Source: Geosiphon pyriformis uo1 (Eukaryota; Fungi; Glomeromycota). From it: DNA of 64,000 nt. A program made the position numbers and the translations under genes. The notes under the pieces were generated by a model that ran no database searches, was not told the origin of the DNA, and was given only the letters and a program-made list of their open reading frames with translations. Below are positions 57,300 to 64,000 of the stretch, one piece after another. The stretch covers positions 62,001-126,000 of the forward strand of contig JAAOMT010000760.1 of NCBI GenBank assembly GCA_016748015.1, given 5' to 3'. Numbering within the stretch: position 1 is the stretch's first letter; the number at the start of each line of letters is the position of its first letter.

Positions 57300-59000
57300 G
57301 TGATCCAATCAGTACCTTAAACTATACAATAAAAAATTACTATACAAAAACCATATTTTACTTATTTTCTACATGTTTTCAGCCACCTAAGCTGATTAAA
57401 ACTAAACTAAATTGAATTTATAAAAGAAAACTTACCCAAAAATATTATATGTTACATAACAATAACCAAATCCGTCAATTATTTAACAGTTTTAATTATA
57501 TTAAACTTAACATTAAAATTTTGTAACTTTTAAAAAACCATTAACTTATCAAATATTTCTTGTAAACAGAAAAAGCTATATCTATATTAGACATAATATT
57601 ATTAAACTTGTTAACTATAACATTTAAATTAATTTAAAAACCAAATATAATAATTATATATCTTAATTAATAATAAAAAGGATTTTAATATTATTTTTTA
57701 TTAAAAAATTAACTAAACAACAAAAACAGCTATAATTGAATTAAAAGACTCGAAATAAACAACAACATATTACCTAATATTACAAAATTCAATGTAATCT
57801 AAGAAACTTTACCAAAAACATTAAAAACATTTTTAATATTAGTAATTAAAATGTTCTTAAATATATTCCGCAAAACAACAGCAGTAGAAAAAGATATAAA
57901 CTTAAAAACCACCAAAAACTTAACAACTTTAAGAATAAAAAAATAAACAAAATTAGGAAACTTAATTTATGTAACAGTATTTAAAAAAACTTGAAAAGCA
58001 AATTTTACATAAAACAATTTAATATTATTTTTAAAAATAGATTTTAAATTAATAAAACCATATACAAATTAAAAAATAATCTTAATATAAGCTAATTTAA
58101 TCTTGAAAAAATACCAAATACCAGAATAAAAGTTATTTATTCAAAATTTTTTTAATAATCAACAATTGTTTTCTAAATATTCTCAAAAACAGTATTACCA
58201 AAAAACAAAGAAAAAAAATCTTCAATTTCTATTTTATTAGCCCAATTTTTGAGATTAAGTAAGTTAATAAACTAATTAATTAAAAACATACAAAATCATG
58301 ACTTGTTTAATTTTTAAAATCCATAATAATTAACTAAAAATTAATGTAATAAACAATATGATTAGAAATTAATCCAAACTATGATAAACTAACATACTTT
58401 TATTATTATTGCTTAAAATAAAAAATGTTTTATTTACAGCTATAACAAAACTGAACATTATAATTGGCACAAATAATGCAGGACTAGTAAAAAAGCCAGA
58501 AGAAACAACAAAAAAACTGTTTTTAAAACAACAAAACTAGTACCAGAAACACTGAAAAAAATTTTTTAACACTTCAAAAAGATTGCTATTAGTTATAACA
58601 GAGAGTTAAGAAGTTTGTTTATTAACTGTTTTGGTTTTTTAGCTATTTAAGCAACAGTAAAAAGAAAAATAGAAAAAAAAATAACTTACTCGTTTTTTAT
58701 CAAATACTTTGGGACTCTTAGAGAAAACAGAAAGTATGTTAAAACTACTCCAAATAGGTTTTTTCGAAGAAACTTTGAAAGAGAAAAAACTTTTAATCCA
58801 AAATAAAAACAATGCTCTAAAATTAGCAAAAAGCTGGTTTATTATTGCTTTATTTAATTAGAGCATTTTTATAGAATACTATTAAGCAGTTTTAATAGCT
58901 GTAAATACTTTACTGGTAAAAATACTATCAATTGCTTCAGAAAATAAAGGTGCTGCAACTTTTTACTCTTTGTTTTAGTTGTGATAATAAAAATATGAAA
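57300..59000. mobile_element. Decayed, A-rich, strand-biased block, probable retroelement remnant
   Basis: Strong A/C over T/G skew on + strand, CpG nearly absent, short broken coding-like stretches; it lies between two convergent TLDc genes. No diagnostic RT, integrase or transposase motif was found. Confidence 0.35.
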
Positions 59001-59035
59001 GAAAAAAAGTTCAAAATTTTTTAAATTAATATTAA

Positions 59036-59133
59036 CTTAATAAATTAAATTAAAAATTAGCTTTAATAAATTAAATTAATAATAAGCTTCATAAATTAAA
59101 TTAAAAATTAGCTTAATAAATTAAATTAAAATT
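59036..59133. repeat. ~25-bp tandem repeat x4 (cttaataaattaaattaaaaattag)
   Basis: Four near-identical adjacent units seen directly, with no spacers. Confidence 0.85.
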
Positions 59134-59744
59134 TAAGGATAAAAATATAATAATAAAAACTGCATAAACAAGATAAATAAACAAGAATGATTTCTTGTGA
59201 ATTTAGTAACTTAAATTTTTTATTCAGTATTTTTTTTTAATTTAATAACTTAATTTTTATTTCATATATTCACTTTAAAGCTTTAGAGTTTTTGTGTATA
59301 AAATAAAAAATATTTTCTAAAATTGTTTAGAAAATTATTCCAGCAATCTTTTTGAATTTATAATAAACATATATATCAAATTTTGAAAAATAAAATTTTA
59401 ATTACAATATTATCAAAATTGATTTTATTAATTTCAAAAAATATATATATAATAAGTAAATTTAAAACTTCAAATATTTTTAGTATAAAATTAATGCTTG
59501 TAAAGGTTGGAATAAAATCAATTTATATTGGCGCTGCTAGGTTGTCAATATATCGGGTGATTGGGCTGCAATTTAAGAAATCATTAAATAAGGTCAAGAA
59601 AAAAAGAAAAATTGACTCCTTCACTTGGGTTTTTGATTTTTTTTAAAAACAATCCTTTATGGTATCAAATTATATTATTATAAGTATAAATACGCACAAA
59701 TAAAGTTTCTAAACCAGATTATATATTCTCGAATTAACTAGTTA

Positions 59745-61326
59745 CTATATTATTGACATGTCAAATCCTGTCCACACTCTCTTCTTTATAACTCGAAAAA
59801 CTTCATATTCTTCTACGGCAAAATAAGCTGGTTCGTGATCAGAACCAGCCATTATACTGAATTCATAAACATTCTTGTTACAATAACACTGCTTTGGGTC
59901 TTTGATATTACCACGAAGTACAATATCGGTACCAAATAAAGGTCCTTCTGAGGCATCTTGACAAATAGCATACTCATCGTTTTCAACACGACTAAGAATA
60001 GCCTCGTTTAAATTCTCATCACCAACTGTAAATATGAAACTATCATTTGTTTTATTCCATTTATGTGGACTCAAGGATAACCAACTGAACGGGTTATAAC
60101 CACCAATAATTTGACCGGTTTCCTTGGTTTTGATCACGGTGATTGTAGCTCCTTGTTTATCACAAAGTCGATGAAATTCTTCTGGGGTAAAACCATCACG
60201 GCTGCCACGCAATAAAAGTTGAAATTCGTAGGCACTCCCGTCTGTGTGTCCATTTTCCGTTGGTGATTCATCATCTTTGCGATCAATGTATTTGGCTAAC
60301 CAGGCAGCGTGTTTGGGATTTATAATAACCGAGTTTATCTTGAATGATGGATGACGTGAGGAAAGAATGGGAGAAATCGGTTTAAAATCTGGATTTAAAT
60401 GGGAATTGATGATGTCACTGTAGAGTTGATGGGGAAATACTGATTTGAATGGAGCAACTTTTTCTTTAAAATCATCGGGCGAAATATCAAGATATCGGAT
60501 CAATGGCAAAACCGGTCTTAATGTTGACCTTAGAAAGATAAATTGTGCCGTTGACCAATCGCAAACATTAGTTGGTAAATGTGGTGGTTGAGCGATTCCC
60601 CATTCGACGACACGATTCCAAATATGAATTTCTTCAAGTTCGACTAAATCTTCTCGCTCCAATAAAGAAACAACCATATCTGGGGAGAGCTCATTGAAAT
60701 CGAGAGAACGGAGAATTGTTGTTGGAGATTTGTCCAAGATTTTGTTGCAAAATTGTTGAAATTTAAGTAGCGATGGGGGACCAAATGCTGTATGATATGT
60801 AGTGGCGAAATGCGATTGAAGCCAGCCGGTTTTTCGTTCTAATAGATAATCTTGTAAAGAATTGACAAGTTCGACTAAGCCCAACTCATTTGCTGTTTTC
60901 AATATATCAATTATTTCCTGTGCTTTATAATTTTCATAGTCCAAGATACCAGTATACATATACCTACAACAATATTGGAAATGAGAGAATATTGGTTTAT
61001 TTGTTGACAAATTAAATTGGGAATTAGCACGAAAAAAGATACCTCAGAAGAAGGTTAAAAGCAAATGGTGAAATTTTTTCCAGTACAATTGAAATCACTT
61101 TTTGTTTCCGGGATTTTGGTCCATGATCAACGGCCAATAAATTGACGTTTTCTTGTGATAATACTTTTCGAAAATATGATGATCTAGCACGAAGAATAAT
61201 TGAATGTGCATGAAAAACTCTAGCATTCTCTTCCTTCCCAACTTTGATATTACTATCATAATCTTCGGCTTCCTCTAACAACTTTGTATAATCACGTAGT
61301 AAAAATGGTAAAAATTGAGAAGACAT
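59745..61326 (-). CDS. BTB-BACK-TLDc protein, 500 aa; exons 61326-61043, 60963-59745
   Basis: DYDSNIKVGKEENARVFHAHSIILRARSSYF...ISPFAFNLLLR|YMYTG, EEIHIWNRVVEWGIAQ, FQLLLRGSRDGFTPEEFHRLCDKQGATITVIK...IIGGYNP...DSFIFT...GPLFG.D...EEYEVFRV. Confidence 0.94.
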
Positions 61327-62037
61327 GATAGATATTGTCTCGAAAAATTTAGTATCTGGAGTTTGGAGAATGAAGGGGGATGATGATGTTTACAAAATAA
61401 AGGAGTGTTATATTGGCAAAGCTTTATAGGGAGCTTGATGTTATGGTGCCACAGTTTTTGATTGCAATACAAATGGTTGTACGATGCATTTTTTATATTT
61501 AAATTACGCCTTGGATTAATATGGGTACCTCAAATATGATATCAATTAGCCAAATAAAAATGCACACTAATGCTTTTGCGCTATTAAACATATGATATTT
61601 GAAAAAATAAAATTTTTCTTTATGTAAGTATTTTATTTTGAAACATTGTATGAGAAGGTTTTTATTATTGGAGCAAAACTTTCATCTTTCAAGAATTTTC
61701 TTTAGGGCGCAAGCTTTTTTGAAAATTTCTATTTTCCCATTTTTTTAAAATAAATTATAAAGCTTCAAAACCAGACTTATTTCCGTTGATTTTAATGATC
61801 ATAGGTAGCCTAAATGAGAATTATTTTGTAGAATGAAAGCCTCCAGGAATTTAAGGAAGGTCTTAAATCGCACAATTTGCAACAAGTCGCTGCAACCAAA
61901 AAATTTATTTACTTTTAACTGCGACAAAGTGATAAGATTTCTATTAATCCAAGTAGTAATTCAATGAAATAAACAGTTCTAGCGAAAATCTGGGGTTGAA
62001 ATTAAGCTCGGATGGTATTTAATAAGTATAATAATTA

Positions 62038-62955
62038 CTAAGTTAAAGCTTCCTTTTTAATATATTCCACATCTAGATATGTGACCACAATATTTGTCAA
62101 GGTATCCAAGGAACCATCAACCTTTGTGTATTCAGGTTTACTTCTCAATAAGAAATGTGCAAGTCCCCAAGGATGAAATCTACTTTTTCCAAACAGTAAA
62201 AAGTATATAGTTAACAGAACACTAGTTGCGAAAGTGAGTGCCTCAGTAATTATTGAGAATGTTGTAAAAGCTTGGAATTCTTTCGTTCGTTCGATGAGGA
62301 ATTGGTTTGGTCGAACTTCAATAGTGCTGGTTCCGTTTTGTGGGTTTGGATCATAGGCTTGTTCAATGAGCTGGTCTTTGAAAAAAGTCTGACTTTTGCC
62401 GTTGAGATAGGTTCGTCTCTCAACTAAATAGGAAATGTGAATTTTGTTCCCAGATCCGGTGTAAATCCACGGCAAGTCCTGCATGTCTGGATTATCAAGT
62501 GGTTCGAACAAGACGATGGCAAATGAAGCTTTGGGAAATATTGTCTGGTATTTTTTGTCGATAAAATAGCTGATCACAATTTCTAAGTTCCCCCACTGGG
62601 GGAGATGGCCATTTTCCATGGGTTGATGTGGGTACACTATTGGATCAGTGGTATTGATGGTCCAGCAATTGTTCAAAGCCCCTGCAACTCCCAATTTGCT
62701 CTCAGGCATGGAAAAGTTTGTATTGCTCTGTGGCCACATTGGGCCCGAGGTAATTTGGGCTTTGACATACGCACCGTCCAAGCATATTAGGAGTCCGGGC
62801 ATTGAAAGTTTCGGTGAGTTTTCAGGTTTTAAATATTGTATAAGGGTCGGCTGGTTTTTAAACCTATCATATTTGTAGAGGATGTATTCAACTAGCACAA
62901 AGGCAAGTACTCCTATGGTAATAAACTGGGCAAAAATAATTCGATTAAAGAGCAT
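62038..62955 (-). CDS. Two-TM membrane protein with large extracellular loop, DEG/ENaC/PAC-like topology, 305 aa (5' end possibly incomplete)
   Basis: TM1 (IIFAQFITIGVLAFVLVEYIL), PTLIQY...LSMPGLLIC, ~200-aa beta-rich loop, TM2 (IITEALTFATSVLLTIYFLLFG), then FHPWGLAH. Confidence 0.8.
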   Translation of the reverse strand: MLFNRIIFAQFITIGVLAFVLVEYILYKYDRFKNQPTLIQYLKPENSPKLSMPGLLICLDGAYVKAQITSGPMWPQSNTNFSMPESKLGVAGALNNCWTINTTDPIVYPHQPMENGHLPQWGNLEIVISYFIDKKYQTIFPKASFAIVLFEPLDNPDMQDLPWIYTGSGNKIHISYLVERRTYLNGKSQTFFKDQLIEQAYDPNPQNGTSTIEVRPNQFLIERTKEFQAFTTFSIITEALTFATSVLLTIYFLLFGKSRFHPWGLAHFLLRSKPEYTKVDGSLDTLTNIVVTYLDVEYIKKEALT

Positions 62956-64000
62956 CTTTTACTTTTTTTCGTTTGGGTATGATATCTTTTATACAAAATC
63001 AAAAGAATATCATGCTAATGCACCTCATAATGGTTGATCCTGTCTTAAATTTGGTAATCTTTGGCAAATAAAAGACGAAAAAGGAAATGGCTTACTAAGT
63101 ATGGCATCAAGAGGTAACGGATGCAGAAAAGCGGCCGTGAAATTGTTTTTGTTTTAGAAAATTTATCATACTAGTAATTTGCTGGTTAATAAAATTTTCT
63201 AACTTTTAAATTACCAATTTCATAATTTATTATATCTTTGTGTCGTTAAATTCAAACATTTAATTTTAAGAAATTTTAATGGTCATTATTAAAAATTTAA
63301 ATTAAATTAATTAATTCAAATATAAAAGAATCCAATTTAGGTAGGGATTATACAATTTTGTTCTGCGTTATGTAAAAACAATTATTAGAAAACTAAAGAA
63401 CAATACAAATACCTTATTTAGTCTAAAAAAGAATCTATATTTAAATTTGAATCTTAAAATATGGAAAAACATTTGATTTTAAAAGATATTAATTATATAT
63501 GTAGTTTCGTTTTCTTAATACTCTTTAATGATAGCTTGGAACATAATTCTCACTTTATTCTGGTTTTATAACCTCTTTTAAAAAATTTGGATAATAAAAA
63601 ATAATATGCAAGAAATCTTTATAAAAATAGAGTTACAAAATATAATTCCTTGGCATAAACTTTAAAAGATAGACAATGTCAATATTTTTGTATTATTTTT
63701 CCAAGAGTTAATATTCATCTTATAAAAAATTATAAGAATCTAGTGCAAGAATTCACATTTTCTTATCGGATTAATTTTTTAAATTTTTAAATTTTAATCG
63801 TTTAAGAATACATCTACTTTGTAATTATTTCACCTTCTAAATATTTGCTTAAAAGCTTAATATGAAAGAGGGGAAATCTTTATTTCGCTTAGGCTATTAA
63901 TTATAACTTATTCAGATTGTTAAAAAAAATATAAAATTGAAAAACAAAAAATCGCCACTTTAATACCTTCTGACATACCAATAACTTATCTCCATCTAAA

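Noticed and set aside
59036-59133. 25-bp repeats as a CRISPR array
   Set aside because: No spacers, eukaryotic context, no cas genes; a plain minisatellite.
59555-59572. ggtgattgggct matching the core of the dispersed repeat
   Set aside because: Only ~12 bp match and the flanks do not align; probably a chance CCAAT-type word.

Overview
Very AT-rich, intron-containing eukaryotic DNA. The gene content points to an arbuscular-mycorrhizal-type fungus (Glomeromycotina): a TKL kinase with the CxxC...SGNxxxD N-terminus, BTB-BACK-TLDc genes, a T1-type BTB gene and multiple class-3 lipases. Geosiphon is a candidate, by inference only. Manual splicing gives about 15 apparently intact genes: a type-II peroxiredoxin, three secreted class-3 lipase homologues, three small secreted Kre9/Knh1-like Ig-fold proteins, UBTD/DC-UbP, a synaptobrevin-like protein and a 12-Cys GPI-type protein (both missed by the ORF track), a TKL kinase, a KCTD-like BTB protein, two BTB-BACK-TLDc proteins and a two-TM protein. 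There are also frameshifted or decayed genes, degenerate repeat/TE remnants and AAT microsatellites. Main observations: (1) all three lipases have Gly in place of the catalytic Ser (GHG[VI]GG) but keep Asp and His; (2) two of them need a conserved non-canonical GA-AG intron to include a conserved exon; (3) two of the three lipases sit next to small secreted Ig-fold genes in a ~28 kb secreted-protein cluster that also holds an R-SNARE lacking its zero-layer Arg; (4) the kinase lacks the DFG/DLG Asp; (5) the two-TM protein has DEG/ENaC/PAC-like palm motifs. No rRNA, tRNA or CRISPR array was recognised. All exon models are hand-derived and untested.
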